NCBI GenBank assembly: GCA_031835245.2
Contig: JAVKOQ020000004.1
Coordinates: forward strand, 310,001-374,000
Reading direction: 5' to 3'
Length of the DNA stretch: 64,000 nt
Source: Balamuthia mandrillaris
Taxonomy: Eukaryota
Part shown: one piece after another, positions 44,096 to 57,325 of the stretch
Position numbering within the stretch: position 1 is the first letter of the stretch
Layout: each line of letters begins with the position of its first letter
The notes under the pieces: model-generated
Seen by the model: only the letters and a program-made list of their open reading frames with translations
Database searches by the model: none
Told to the model about the DNA's origin: nothing
Made by a program: the position numbers and the translations under genes

Positions 44096-45064
44096 ATGGA
44101 GGCACCGTTGGGAGGCGGAGAAGAGACGGCAAAGGAGCAGCAAGTGGGCCAGCGTAAGTGGGAGTGCTTCGAGGTGAGGGGCAAGCAACTGATAGTGCAT
44201 CAGATAGCGGGCTTCAGCACGACGGGAGGCACCGTTTGGGACTGCGCCATCGTACTTCAAAAGCTGTTGCAGCGAAACTACTTTGGGGAGTTGAGCGGCA
44301 AGCGCCTCATAGACTTGGGAAGCGGGACCGGCATGTTGGGCCTCGCTTGTGCGCTCCTCGGTTGTCATGTAACCCTCACCGACACACCTCAGCAACTCCC
44401 TCTCCTCACGTAACCTCCTGTCCTCTCCACTCCCCTTCTCTCCTCCCTCCTCTTCCTTGTTCTTGTGCTCATGAAAGCGTTCCTCAGGAAGAACGTAGAG
44501 GCCAATAAGCAAGTATTGCTAGAAGGCGGGGAGGGAGGTACCGCTTGTTATTTGCCGACGGTAAAGGAACTGACATGGGGTCAAACGGATCTGGAGGGAG
44601 CCACCTCCGATTTCGCGAGCAACCGCCCCTACGATGTCGTGCTGTGCAGCGACCTGTTATTCTGCGCCCACAAGTACGAGTGCCTGCCTGCCCTCCTTCA
44701 CACCATGCTTGCCCTTTGCCTACCCCCCTCCTCTTCAGCAACCCAACACCAGCAAGACGAAAAGAGTAAGGAAGAAGAGAAAGAAGCGGAAGAACGGAAA
44801 GAATTCAAGCCGAGAGTGGTGTTTGGGTTTCAGGAGAGGCTGCCATGGGTGGAGAGGGCCTTCATGAAGGAGCTTGCCCTGTACTTTCGGATAGAGGAGG
44901 TGCCTGTCGAGGAGCTGGATCTGGCGTGCCTCCGTAGAGAGAGCGAGGAGGAGTACGCTGGCATGGCCTCCATGTTCCACGAGGACCCTGACATGCACAT
45001 TTACCTCCTCTTCCCTCTTCCTCACGTCACTGCCGCTTCGCCTTCATCCTCCTCTTCATCCTAA
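44096..45064 (+). CDS. METTL21-family protein lysine methyltransferase, 2 exons
   Basis: TGGTVWDCAIVL, LIDLGSGTGMLGL, VTLTD, KNVEAN, ELTWG, DVVLCSDLLF; an upstream in-frame ATG at 43988 is possible. Confidence 0.88.
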
Positions 45065-45200
45065 TGAATAGTTTAAACAGATTCCTTTCTTTCGCGAAGG
45101 AAAAAGAAAGAAGAGAGAGAAAGAGAGAAAGAAGGAGAATGAAGGAAAGATGAAACAAAAGGAGGTTCACCAAAAAAAAAAAAACTTTAGAAATGCGAGG

Positions 45201-46210
45201 TCATACACGTGAGGATGAAGCGGCAGCAGAGGAAGGAGGAAGGCTGTAGAGGGAGAAGTAGTGGTGATCAGGATAACCGTTCACAAAGTTACGCAGGTTG
45301 GCGGCCGTGCCCTCGTCAAAGGGGTTGTGGATGATGTTAACGTGGGGATAGCCAAACAGGCCACGACGAGCGACTCCGCTCTCCAAGTACCAGTAGCGAT
45401 GCACGTTCATGTACTCGTTGACGGTGAGGTCGCGCAGCAGCAAAGATACTTGCTGATAGACTGCTACAATCTCCCACACCATGTTCAGCAGGTGATAAAT
45501 CACCAACGTGGATATCAATGCCTCAGTTCTGAAGTAGAACGGAATGGATTGGTGCAGCATGTACAACGGCGGAGATCCCTCGAGTCCTTGCAACACTGCA
45601 ACGTAGGAGAGTATTTTGTGTTTAAAAAGCTTCCTTGGCTCTGAAACTCAAAGAGTCAAGAGAGGAAGAGAAAGCTACCTAAAAGGCTGAAATAGGCAAA
45701 GGTTGCATGCATGAATACGATGCTCGCCAATAACACCAAGAAGGGTCTATGGTTGTTCAAGCCAACCGCATTGTTGAGCCAAACACACCAATGGTCCATC
45801 CGGGCCACACAACGATCCACGCCCTTACAATGCTTGGAGCGAAGCGGGCGAGGTAGCTGTTATGACATCGTATGCAACAACGGCAACACGTTTAGAAGAC
45901 TGGCCCGAAAATAAACAAGGGATAGTACATACCAAGCACGTCGAACACAAAACAGGCGGTGGCTCCATGTCGGAGGTCAGCATCTGATAGAACCGCTGGC
46001 ATAACAAAGAATGCATCGGTGTTATGTCATCCCAAAAAAAAAAAAAACAAATAATAACACTCGAGACACTACAAGGCCGTACCTCAACTCCGTTTTCGCT
46101 CTTGGGAATGAAGCCTGGATCTGAACGGATCAAATAAATGTAAAGACCACACCACGCGAAGCTCACCAGTATAAATGTTAACGATAACATTGTATAGTAG
46201 TTAGTCTCTA

Positions 46211-46244
<34 letters not shown>

Positions 46245-47092
46245 ATTAGCACGAGGTAATCCTGTGAGAATAGAGGCCATGGAGAAAGGTACCAGGATAG
46301 ATCCGGTTCATATAAAGCCAAAAACTGACCATAAACGAGCTGAAAAACCAAGAGACAAAGAAAGGGTTGTTTTCCTCAACACCGGGCCACGTGTGACCCA
46401 AGAAATGCTTTAAGCTGTACCAAAGTCCAGCAGCGAACAGAACTGCTATCCAGAAGGGAGCCAGTGATACCATAAACAAAAAAGCTGGCAGAACCAAGAA
46501 TGGTATAATAGCCCAAAACCACCAGTACAACCGCTGCAAACAAAGGAAGAGGGTGGTTTTAACACTACGCAGGAGAGAGAGAGAGAGAGAGAGAGAGAGT
46601 TCAAACCTCGGCAGAGGAATTATAAGATCGCGCCCCTCTAAGCAGCTGAGCGACATGTTTGAAGTTTTTCTGGAGAGCAAGGTCCTCTGGCAACAGACCG
46701 TCCTTGTCCTTGATGTCGAGCTTAGCACCGCGCCTAAGCAAGAACTTGGCCATGCCATGGTTGCCCTTCAAAGCGGCCCAGTGCAAAGGCGTGAGGCCCT
46801 CGTTGTCAGTGGCGTTGATGGGAGCGCCCAGCGTTAGCAGAAGGCGAGCCACGTGTTCGTAGCGAGCATAAACTGCCCAGTGGAGAGGAGTATGTCCTTC
46901 GCTGTCCTGGCAGTCCACAGGAACGCCCTTCATGGCCACAGTGTAATGCACCACAGCAGAGTGTCCATACATGGCGGCCAGCAGCGTACCATTATAGCCC
47001 CTCGCATCGCTTTTAAGCAAGTCAGCCCCTTCCTCCGCCAACCGTACCACCAACTGACAATCATTAAAATGGTGAACTTGTTTAGAAGAAAC

Positions 47093-47129
<37 letters not shown>

Positions 47130-47578
47130 GCCAGAAGCAAAGAGTAGAGAGAGAGAGAGAGAGGAGCACGAGAGAGGAAGAGAGGGAGACCAGAGAGAGA
47201 AGAGAGAAGAGAGAAGCTGAGAAGCTGAGAAGCTGAGAAGAGAGAAGAGAAGAGAGAGAATACTCTGCTATGTCCACTGATGGCAGCCCAGTGGAGCGGA
47301 GTTTGCTTCTCTTTGATGGAAATGGGGTCGATGGTAGCCCCGCAGTCCAGCAGGTAAGCCACCAGCTCGGCTCTACCGGTGTAGGCCGCGTAGTGAAGGG
47401 CGGTGCAGCCATCCTCGTTGGTGGCGTCCACCGACACGCCCTCCTCCTCTACCAGCCGCTTGACCAGCGGCAAGTTGCCCATTCGAGCCGCATGCCATAG
47501 GTTATTGTGGTTGTGATGTTGATGTGGTTGGTGGTGATGGTGATGGCTGTGCTCCGCGCCTGCTGTAGTTAAAACCAT
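45201..47578 (-). CDS. Ankyrin-repeat palmitoyltransferase (Akr1/ZDHHC17-like) with DHWC motif, multi-exon
   Basis: Ankyrin repeats (TALHYAA, TPLHWAA), TM segments, SDPGFIP, CSTC..RPLRSKHC..RCVARMDHWCVWLNNAVGLNNHR, LTVNEYMN, NPFDEG. Confidence 0.92.
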
Positions 47579-47989
47579 TAGCCATGAAGTTTGACTTAAT
47601 TGTTAAGGTGAGAGGGAAAGAGAGACAAGGGCCTACAACGTACTGTGCAAAGAGTCCGCTTCCGCGTTAGTTGGTGGCCTACTACTGCTGCCCCCATTCG
47701 TGGCTGTCGGTGTTGTCTCCGGGGTGGCCTGCGGTCCTTTCATGGTTTTTATTTTTTCTCACGTTAGCAGCTGCTCTCGGTTCGGTCACCTCTCTTCAAC
47801 CAATGCTACGATTGCCACACTGCCCCTCCCGCCTTGCCGCTTTCTCTTCCAAGGAAGGCGCGCCTTCTTCTTCCTCCGTCAAAACCGTTTCTTCTCCCTT
47901 CCTCCCCTGTCACTCTTTTTATTGCTTGAAAATTCTGCCCTCTCCTTGTCCTCTCTCCTCTCCTTTGTCCCCTCTCCATGTATTCTCCC

Positions 47990-48838
47990 CTCCTTGGTCC
48001 TCTCCTCTCTCCTCTCCTCGCTCTTCTCTGCTCTCTGCTCTCCCTCTCCTCTCTCCTCTCCTCTCTCTTCTCTGCTCTCTGCTCTCTGCACTCTCCTCTC
48101 CCTCTCTGCTCTCTGCTCTCTGCTCTCTGCTCTCTGCTCTCTGCTCTGCTCTCTGCTCTGCTCTCTGCTCTCTGCTCTCTGCTCTCTGCTCTCCTCTCTG
48201 CTCTCTCCTCTCTGCTCTCTCCTCTCTGCTCTCTGCTCTCTCCTCTGCTCTCTGCTCTCTCCTCTCTGCTCTCTCTGCCTCTGCTCTCTGCTCTCTGCTC
48301 TCTGCTCTCTGCTCTCTGCTCTCTGCTCTCTGCTCTCTCCTCTCCCCTCTCTCTGCTCTCCCTCTCTGCTCTCTCCTCTCCTCTCTCCTCTCCCTCTCTG
48401 CTCTCTCCCTCTCCCTCTCTGCTCTCCCTCTCTGCTCTCTCTCCTCTCTCCCTCTCTGCTCTCCTCTCTCTCTCTCCTCTCTCTCCCTCTCTCTCCCTCT
48501 CTCCCTCTCCTCTCTCCCCTCTTCTGCCTCCCTCTGCTCTCTCCTCTCCCTCTCTGCTCTCCCTCTGCTCTCTCTCCTTCTCTCCCTCTCTGCTCTCTCC
48601 CTCTCCCTCTCTGCTTCCCTCTCTGCCTCTCCTCTTCTCCCTCTCTGCTTTCCTCTCTGCTCTCTCCTCTCTCCTCTCTGCCTCTCCCTCTCTGCTCTCT
48701 CTCTCCTCTCTCCTCTCTGCCTCTCTCTCTCCCTCTCTGCCTCTCTCCTCTCTCCCTCTCTGCTCTCCCTCTCTGCTCTCTCCTCTCTCCTCTCTCCTCT
48801 CCCTCTCTCTCTGCTCTCTCCTCTCCTCTCTCCTCTCG
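47990..48838. repeat. About 850 nt polypyrimidine/polypurine tract (CTCTGCT, CTCTCC units)
   Basis: Visible directly; intergenic; source of long spurious ORFs. Confidence 0.93.
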
Positions 48839-48906
48839 CCAAAAGTGGGTGGGTGGGGAAGAGTCAAAAAGGGCTGAAGGAAACATTCACTTCGTACAGT
48901 ATGTAT

Positions 48907-49434
48907 TTACATGTTGCCCTGCCGGTCCCGTTTGCCAACGTCGCTGGGATTGGCGCCTGGGGGCTTCAGCATGTTTTCGCTGGGCTCAGGCCGGATCTTG
49001 TACCTCTCCTTCTCTGCGCCCTTTTCGCCCTCTCCCGCGAGGTTGGGCGACTTTTGCCTGAGAACGGCCTCCTGCCCGGGCTCTTTCCTGTCGATCTTGG
49101 CCTGCGCCTCCGAGCCGCCCACGCCGTACTTCTCGCTGCTGGCCTGGGGTTTGGCCTCCGAGCCTCCCACGCCAAACGCTATGTCGGAGGGGGCATACTT
49201 CTCCGGTTGGTCCGCCCTTTGGCCCCACTCTTTTTGCAGCTTGGCCTTTACGTCGTCCACAGCTTGCCACTTGCGCTGACGCTCCTCCGCCGTTTCTCCG
49301 CTGCTGATGCTGCTGTATGTTCTAAAGCAGGAGGAAGAGGCAAAAACTGGTCTGCTTGTTGTATGAGCGACGTTGCGAAGGAAGCCTGTTGGGGTGTGGG
49401 TCCTCTCTTGGAAACTAACAACGGCTCGCCTCAT
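48907..49434 (-). CDS. Hypothetical hydrophilic protein with putative mitochondrial presequence and internal GVGGSEA repeat; intronless
   Basis: MRRAVVSF...CFRTYSS is Arg/Ser/Thr-rich and acid-poor, followed by a charged Gly-rich body with GC-rich codons. Confidence 0.65.
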   Translation of the reverse strand: MRRAVVSFQERTHTPTGFLRNVAHTTSRPVFASSSCFRTYSSISSGETAEERQRKWQAVDDVKAKLQKEWGQRADQPEKYAPSDIAFGVGGSEAKPQASSEKYGVGGSEAQAKIDRKEPGQEAVLRQKSPNLAGEGEKGAEKERYKIRPEPSENMLKPPGANPSDVGKRDRQGNM

Positions 49435-49994
49435 CGTGATGATGTGTGTTGGTGCTTTGTTGTTCTCGTGCGTGTTGCTGTTATGCTTGTTCAAAGGTTG
49501 CACGATGGTCCAAGGTTTACCACGAACTACTTCGCTACTACTACTTGCCAGTAGGGGGGCAGGCATCCCACCAAACCAGATTTCTTCGATGGTGGCCTCG
49601 CCTTTCTCCCAGTTTTCTCCTTGGGTGAGGGATGACAAACAACTCAGCTGCCGCTTGCTCCTGCTGCCCTCTACGCTCGCTCTTGTTTATGTATGTCTGT
49701 CATGGCTGGAAGTGCCGCTTGCCCCCTCCCCTAATCCTAATCGTCACACCGTCTGTGCGTGTGTGCGAGCTTCATCCCTCTGTGGTCTCTTTTTTTTTTA
49801 AAACCGTTGAAAAATGTTCGTGCAGGTCCATGGGCCTCTCAGCATTGAAAGGGGCTGCAAACGCGCCACCACCTCGAAAACAAATAAGAAACCACTCACA
49901 AGAAAGTTCCAAGGCCCTCTCCTTTTGGTTGCCGCACAAAAAGTAAAGCGCGAGTAGAAGCAGGCAGGGGCTTCAGCAGGCGGAAAAACGGAGG

Positions 49995-52108
49995 ATGGAA
50001 GGGCAAGGCAAGAACGAAGGGGAGGAGGTGCTCCTATCCCCAGGGGCGCAGCTGTTGGCCGAGGTCAAGGACGGGAAGCAGCTGGAGGAGAGGCTGGTGA
50101 GGGAGTGCTGCGACTGGGCGTTGTGCCATGGGTTGGTAATGGGGGCGGCCCCGGCCTTGGTCTCTGCCGCCGCGCAGGGCGCTCAGCTCTACACGCACGC
50201 CCCCTTTAGCCTGTTCCCCTCCCCGGTGCCCAGGCACTGCTTCGAGCAGGCCCAGGCCTTGGCCACCGACTTTAACCTGTTGGTGCACCGCGTCAGCCAA
50301 CGTCACTCTTTTCTGTTTGAGGGACTTCGTAGGTTCGCTATTTTGTTTTTTGCCATCAATCTCTGCATCATCAGTCTCTCTTCCTTCATTGCTGAATGGT
50401 GGTGTGTGGTTGGCGGTGTAGCGCTTCAGAGGCTGATCCCTTCACAGGACGTCTTGTTCAACTGCTACGACAAATCCAAGAGGAAGGCGGTAGGCCACAG
50501 GTTAGCCACCCTTTCGTGCTCGTTCTGGGAGCCTGGTGCAAATGACTACTCCCTCTCTTTACTCTGCACAAACAATAATAGGACATAGAGCTTGGTTTGC
50601 ACCGTTCCGATTACATGTTTCATGTGCGTCCGGAGGATGGCACCATCGCTCTCCAACAGGTTGAGCTCAACACCATCTCGGCTGCTTTTGCAGGGCTCTC
50701 CTCCAAAGTGAGCCAAATGCATAGGTTTGCTCTCTGGTCCCCCCCTTTCTGTCCCTGCTGTGGCTTCTTTCTCACCATAGCAAGGGCAGTTTTGTTATCA
50801 ACAAGATAGACGCGTTTGGCAAGGCATATAAGGGATATGAACTGCCCCATAACGATGCGGCAGAGGTGATGGTATCAGGCTTTGCCAATGCTGTCAAGCT
50901 CTATGGCAACTCGCAGTATGCGCTTCCTTTTTTTCCTTCGACACTCTACGCGCTTTACTAACCTTGCTATTTGGTTTGATGATTGCAGGGCAGTGGTGAT
51001 GATGGTGGTGCAACCGGACGAACGCAATACAGCGGACCAGCGGTGCATGGAGTACATTCTATGGAAACGGTTTGGGATACTCTTTTTTTCCCCCCCCTTT
51101 CTTTGGCGTTGTTGCGTGGTTTTCTCACACAGGGGGTGCCATTCTCAAGGTATGGCATCCATATGATACGGCGGAGCTTGGCAGACATCCAACAGCGAGG
51201 GGCCATTGACCCTACCACCAAGGCTCTCACTATGTAGGAACCTCAACAATCCCATTTGTTCTCTGTGCTGCCTGCTAACTAACGAGCTTTGTTTTTGTTG
51301 TTCTTGATTTGAAAATAAGTGACGGGAAGGAGATAGCAGTGGTGTACTATCGTGCCGGATACACTCCAAAGGACTATCCCACCGAGAAGGAATGGGAGGC
51401 CAGAACCATGGTAGAACGTTCCAAGGCTGTGTGCTGCCCTTCCGTGGCCTACCACTTGGTGGGCACCAAGAAGGTCCAGCAACTGCTGAGTAAGCCCGGG
51501 CTGTTGGCTCAGTTCTTCGACAAGGAGGATCAAGAGGAGAGCGCCCGTATGGAGAGATTGTTGGCCTGTTTCACGCGCCTCTACAGCCTCGACGAGGATG
51601 AGGAGGGCGACCAAGCCGCACAATTGGCATTGAACAATCCAGATGACTTTGTCATGAAACCCCAACGAGAAGGAGGAGGTTTGTCTTCGCACCTTCCTTT
51701 CACCAGTTGATAGGTCTTTTTCTTATGAAAACTCCCTCACAGGAAATAACATCTACAATGAAGAGGTGCGCAAGGCACTGCAGACGTTCACACCAAAAGC
51801 AAGTAACCTCCTCTTGTGACTAAGAAAAGAGAGCAAACTAACCAACCGTCACACAGGAGAGGAGAGCATACATCCTGATGGAGCGTATTCGGCCTAAACC
51901 CTTCCAGACGTATAGCTGCAAAGCAGGCGTGCCGAGCTGCGTCACTGCCATCAGTGAGTTAGGCATTTACTCAGTGTGGCTGAGCCGTTCAGAGGAAGTT
52001 GTGATGAACCAGAAGGCCGGACACTTGCTGCGTACCAAGGTTGCCTCCGATAACGAGGGTGGCGTTGCTGCTGGCTTTGCTTTCCTAGACTCTCCCTGCC
52101 TCGTTTAA
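49995..52108 (+). CDS. GSS: Glutathione synthetase (eukaryotic type), multi-exon
   Basis: HAPFSLFPSP, LHRSDYM, QVELNTIS, ERNTADQR, VVYYRAGYTP, LVGTKKVQQ, KPQREGGGNN, ISELGIYS, GHLLRTK, EGGVAAGF. Confidence 0.96.
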
Positions 52109-52343
52109 GAATAAATAAATGCATTGCCACTCAAAGTTGGACAAGGCTAAAGAAAGCGGAAGAGAGAGAGGGTGCAAATGTAGGACTAAAAGTCTGGAGT
52201 CGTGAAAATAAAATAAAAAGGAAAAATAACGGATCTGGAACGCTTGATTTGCTGGCGCAATAAGGTTTATTGACCAGAAAGCATACCCGCTCCGTACAAA
52301 CTTTGGAAAGCCTTTTCTTTCTCGAAAACCGCAAATAAGCGCT

Positions 52344-53012
<669 letters not shown>

Positions 53013-53312
53013 TTCCTTGCGTCTGTGTACGGGCGGGCACGGAGGGACCTAGAATGCAGTCTGTGTACTAGAATTTGGGGGAAAAGAAGGATGGGCGATG
53101 AGAGGCAAGTGCTCCTCGTCGGAGTTCTGAAGTAAGCTCAGAAACCCTCGAGCGAAAGCTGTCGCCAAAAACCCCTGCAGATTGATCGTCGACAAAAATC
53201 CAACCCAAGAAGAAAGACAAGAGTGACCGTTGCGCTTCCTTTTGCCACCACCCCTTTTTTTTTTCTGCTCGGAAGGGGTTAAGCCGGGGGTGGACTCACA
53301 AAACTTGCGGGA

Positions 53313-54186
53313 ATGGAGAACGAAGTACCGGCCATTCATCAAAAGATCACGCTCTACCAATCTGCGGAGCTGTTCATCCTTGAACCTGTTTCACGAGAAC
53401 CTTTTCTCATCATCAACCGGAAGACCGGAGAGCTTTCCTCGCACCCTGCTGCACCCATCTCACAATGTAATGCTCCCCTTTGCCCTCTTGTTTTTGTTTG
53501 TTAACGTGTTTGTGCTTATTCTTATTCGCCCCTCCCCAAAGTCTGCCCCAATGAGTCGATTACCAAACAAACAACTATTTATGGCTGCATTGGCATCATT
53601 AAGCTGCACAGCGGTTCGTTCATGTTTTCTATTTTTTTGGGGTTTAAGTACCCAACTGAGCAGAAAAACTGGCTTGTTTACACCATTCCTTCTGTCTCCC
53701 AAACAAAGGCCCCTTTCTTGTGGTAATCAAGGACAGGGCTTTGATGGGACAGTTGCGAGGTAAGCCCGTTTACAGTGTTGCACGAACCGCGTTTCTGCCT
53801 TTTTCAACCCAAGAGATCACCGAGAGGCAGGTTGGTACACTTACCCACCTGCCTGCTCCTGCTGGCTTTCTCGCTTTCGGGTTTAACCGTTTCTTCCTCT
53901 CAGAAAAAGTATCAACGGACGTATAAACGCGTTTTGAAGCAGCTGCTCGAAAGCAACAAAGACTTTTACTTTTCCTATGAGATAGATCTCACTCATAGTC
54001 AACAACGCGACAGCCAATATAGAGCTGCATACAACCTTCCTCTCTGGAAACGGGTTTGTCAATTTTGGTGTTCTTTAAGCTCCTCATCATCTTACTTATT
54101 TTCCCCTGTTGGCCATGCTTTATAGGCTGATGACCGCTTCTTCTGGAACTACTTTCTCCAACAAAAGTTGATGGAACTTGGAGTAC

Positions 54187-54225
<39 letters not shown>

Positions 54226-55882
54226 AGCCTGACGTACATTCGCTTTGTGTTAGCTGGACTCTTGGATTCTGCCGGTGATAAGAGGATATATCCTACTTTT
54301 CTTCATTCTCCTCCTTAGTGTTCTTCTCTTTGCACAATATTCTTTAACTGTTGCTTACGCGTCCAGATGTTCACATTCGTTTTGGCAGACAACATTTTCG
54401 ATTTTGTATTGATATCACGACGGAGTCGGTTTAGGGCAGGCACTCGCTATAACACCAGAGGAGTGGATCCCCAAGGTCGAGTGGCCAACTTCGTAGAAAC
54501 GGAGCAAATTATCAACCATAACGGGCATTGGACATCCTTTGTACAGACTCGTGGCTCCATCCCCCTCTTTTGGCAACAGAAGGGTTACAAGCTAAAACCA
54601 ACACCCAAGCTGAGCGAAGATGCCACGGGAATGGTACTACTATGGTAACGTTTTGTGTTGAAGCGCCTCATTACTAAAAAGGAAACTATGAAAACACAGG
54701 CTGACGCGTTCACATTGCATTTTGATGAGCAACGTAAGCTTTATCAACAGCAAATTGTGGTCAACCTGCTTGATAGGAAGGGTACATTTTCTTTGCTTAT
54801 TTATTTGTACTACTACATGGCTTACACCGTTTTTATGCAGGATCTGAGGGCAGACTGGCTGAAGCCTATGAAGAGCATTTGGAACGCATGAATTGTAAGG
54901 ACGTGGCGTACGTGGCCTATGACTTCCACCATCACTGTAAAAATGACAACTTTGAAAATGCTCTCAAACTGATAGAGCAAATGAAAACAGATATACAAAA
55001 CATCGGGTAAGGCTGCGTATTGCTATTCTCTCAGATCTCTCTCCCTCTCCCTCTCCCTCTCCCTCTCCCTCTCCCTCTCCCTCTCCTCTCCTCTCCCTCT
55101 CCCTCTCCTCTCCCTCTCCCTCTCCCTCTCCTCTCCCTCTCCTCTCCTCTCCCTCTCCCTCTCCTCTCCCTCTCCTCTCCCTCTCCCTCTCCCTCTCCCT
55201 CTCCCTCTCCCTCTCCCTCTCCCTCTCCTTCTCCCTCTCCCTCTCCCTCCCTCCTCCTCCCCCTCCAGCACTCATTCTCGCTCTTGCGCTCATTGTCTAT
55301 AATCTCATTATCCCATTATCTTTATTTTCTCTCATTCTTTCCCCAGATTTTTTAAGGAGGATCCGCTTGGTCGGAGAAAGCAGGAGCAAGTTGGAGTCAT
55401 AAGAACCAATTGTTTAGACTGCCTTGACAGGACGAATCTTATCCAGAGCTTGATAGCCTTTCAATCACTGGAATTCCAGATGCAATCCTTTGGCGTGCAG
55501 ATCAATGGCGCTTCTGGCGAGACACTGGATAAAGGCAAACAAGGCCAATTTGATAGACTTTTCAAAGAAGGTTTGCTTTCGATTTTGATATTTTGTTTTG
55601 TTTTATGTTTGATGTGTCTCACGCACCTCGAATCCAGCTTGGGCCAACAATGGAGATTTCGTAAGTCTTCAGTACGCCGGTACCGGTGCTCTGAAAGGAG
55701 ATTTTACTAGGTACGTGGTCTTGACTGAATTATTCTGCTGTACTCTTTTCTGTTGCTCATCTCTTAATTATGTAATAGAACTGGAAAAAGAAAGATGAAA
55801 GGAAAACTGAACGATGGTTATAATGCACTGAGCAGATATGTTATTAATAACTTCCACGATCGGTTGCGTCAAGTGTGTATCC

Positions 55883-55928
<46 letters not shown>

Positions 55929-56721
55929 CTGATCCAGTCATTATCACTTGTACTAACATTAACAAACAAAAGATAGCAGTAGATCTCTTCTTGGGAAGGA
56001 TGGACGTTGATCTAGACAATTGGAATACGGAAGACTCGCTTCAAATTTGGGTACTAAACTGCCTACTAGCTTCATTGTTCATAATGCTAACAACAATTTT
56101 GCAACTGGCTCCACAGACGAACTCTCATATGGATGCAATATATACCTGCACAGAGTTGCTGTTCCAATCAGAGCACAAAGATGAGACATTTGTGGATGGT
56201 TGGGTCCTAATTAGCATAAACAAGCGAGGACAAGAACAGGAACGTATTCTTTTACTCACAGAGAAGGCCTGCTACCGCTGCAAGTATAACTTTAGGGAGG
56301 AAAAGATCATTCGTTTCAAGCGATTAGCTTTGGATTCTATAAGTGGCATTTTCAAGGGTTACTACGGCATGGAGCCAGTTACAGCGACAGCAGCCAGCTC
56401 AGCCACGAATACCCCGAGTGAGGATACTGGCAACAGCAGCAATGGTAGCTCTACAGAGGAGATATTACCTTCTACTTCTCCTCCAAGCAGCACTCCGTCT
56501 ACTCCACGCAAAGGGGGCTCCAGCCGCCGACAACACAGTAGCAGCACAAAGCGTAGACCGTGCTATGGCATGGCCTTGGTTTGCAAGGATGTAAAGGTTA
56601 GCTTTGTTGCTCTCGTTGCACAGCATTTACCTTTTCATTTACCTTTCTATCCTTTACTTTCTAGAAACCGTTCCACTACTACCGAGCTCTGGCACCTTCC
56701 AATGCACCCCCTGAACTAGAG

Positions 56722-56770
<49 letters not shown>

Positions 56771-57212
56771 TCCCTCCCTCCCTCCTTCCTTTCTGTGCTT
56801 GTATCTTATCATTTTTATGCCACTTGCAGCCATGATACTGGAGGTGGTGGCTTCCTTTGCAGAAGTACAGTATGACAACGAGCACGAGTTTTTTGTGGAA
56901 GAGACCACTCTCAGCAAGCCCAGTACCAAAGGTGTTACTGGCGTCTATTCCAAGGCCTTCAACTCTCTTGGATTGGGTATGTACAGGAAGAGCAAGGGCA
57001 GCTCACGGCAGAAGAGTTCCTCTTTAAAAAGCAGATCAAGCCCTTCCTTCAATGCCCTCACCTCCCTCAGTTCATCTCCCAGTTCTCCTACTTCCTCTCC
57101 TCCCTCTTCCTTCCGGGTGCGGTCAGGTTCCCCATCTGCCTCTGCCTCTCCCTCAATCCCTGCGCCTGGCTCTTACAGGGAGTTACGCTCCAATTCCTCC
57201 GATTCTTCTTGA
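53313..57212 (+). CDS. SAC-domain phosphoinositide phosphatase with hSac2 domain (Sac2/INPP5F-like), many exons including an AT-AC intron
   Basis: [60 protein letters not shown]; hSac2-like GWVLISI..EQERILLLTEKACYRCKY. Confidence 0.9.
54288..54358 (+). other. U12-type (minor spliceosome) AT-AC intron
   Basis: 5' ATATCCT, branch TTCTTTAAC (54340-54348), terminal AC; removal restores WILPVIRGCVQMF. Confidence 0.88.
55038..55265 (+). repeat. (CTCTCC)n microsatellite in a Sac2-like intron
   Basis: Visible directly. Confidence 0.93.
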
Positions 57213-57325
57213 CTTTGCCTCTACTGTTTTTTTAAAAAAAATACCCAAACAGCGCTTTCTTCACTCCACCACCAAAGAGCAAAGGGAGAACAGACAGAGT
57301 AAAAAGAGAGAGGCACACCTGTCGT

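Noticed and set aside
47671..49554. 627-aa ORF and overlapping 300-450-aa ORFs
   Set aside because: Open only because the C/T tract lacks stop codons; the 3' part is antisense to the gene at 48907-49434.
53040..53230. Possible snoRNA upstream of RPS5
   Set aside because: No proper C box, only a short rRNA-like complement; better explained as the divergent promoter containing CGTCGACA.
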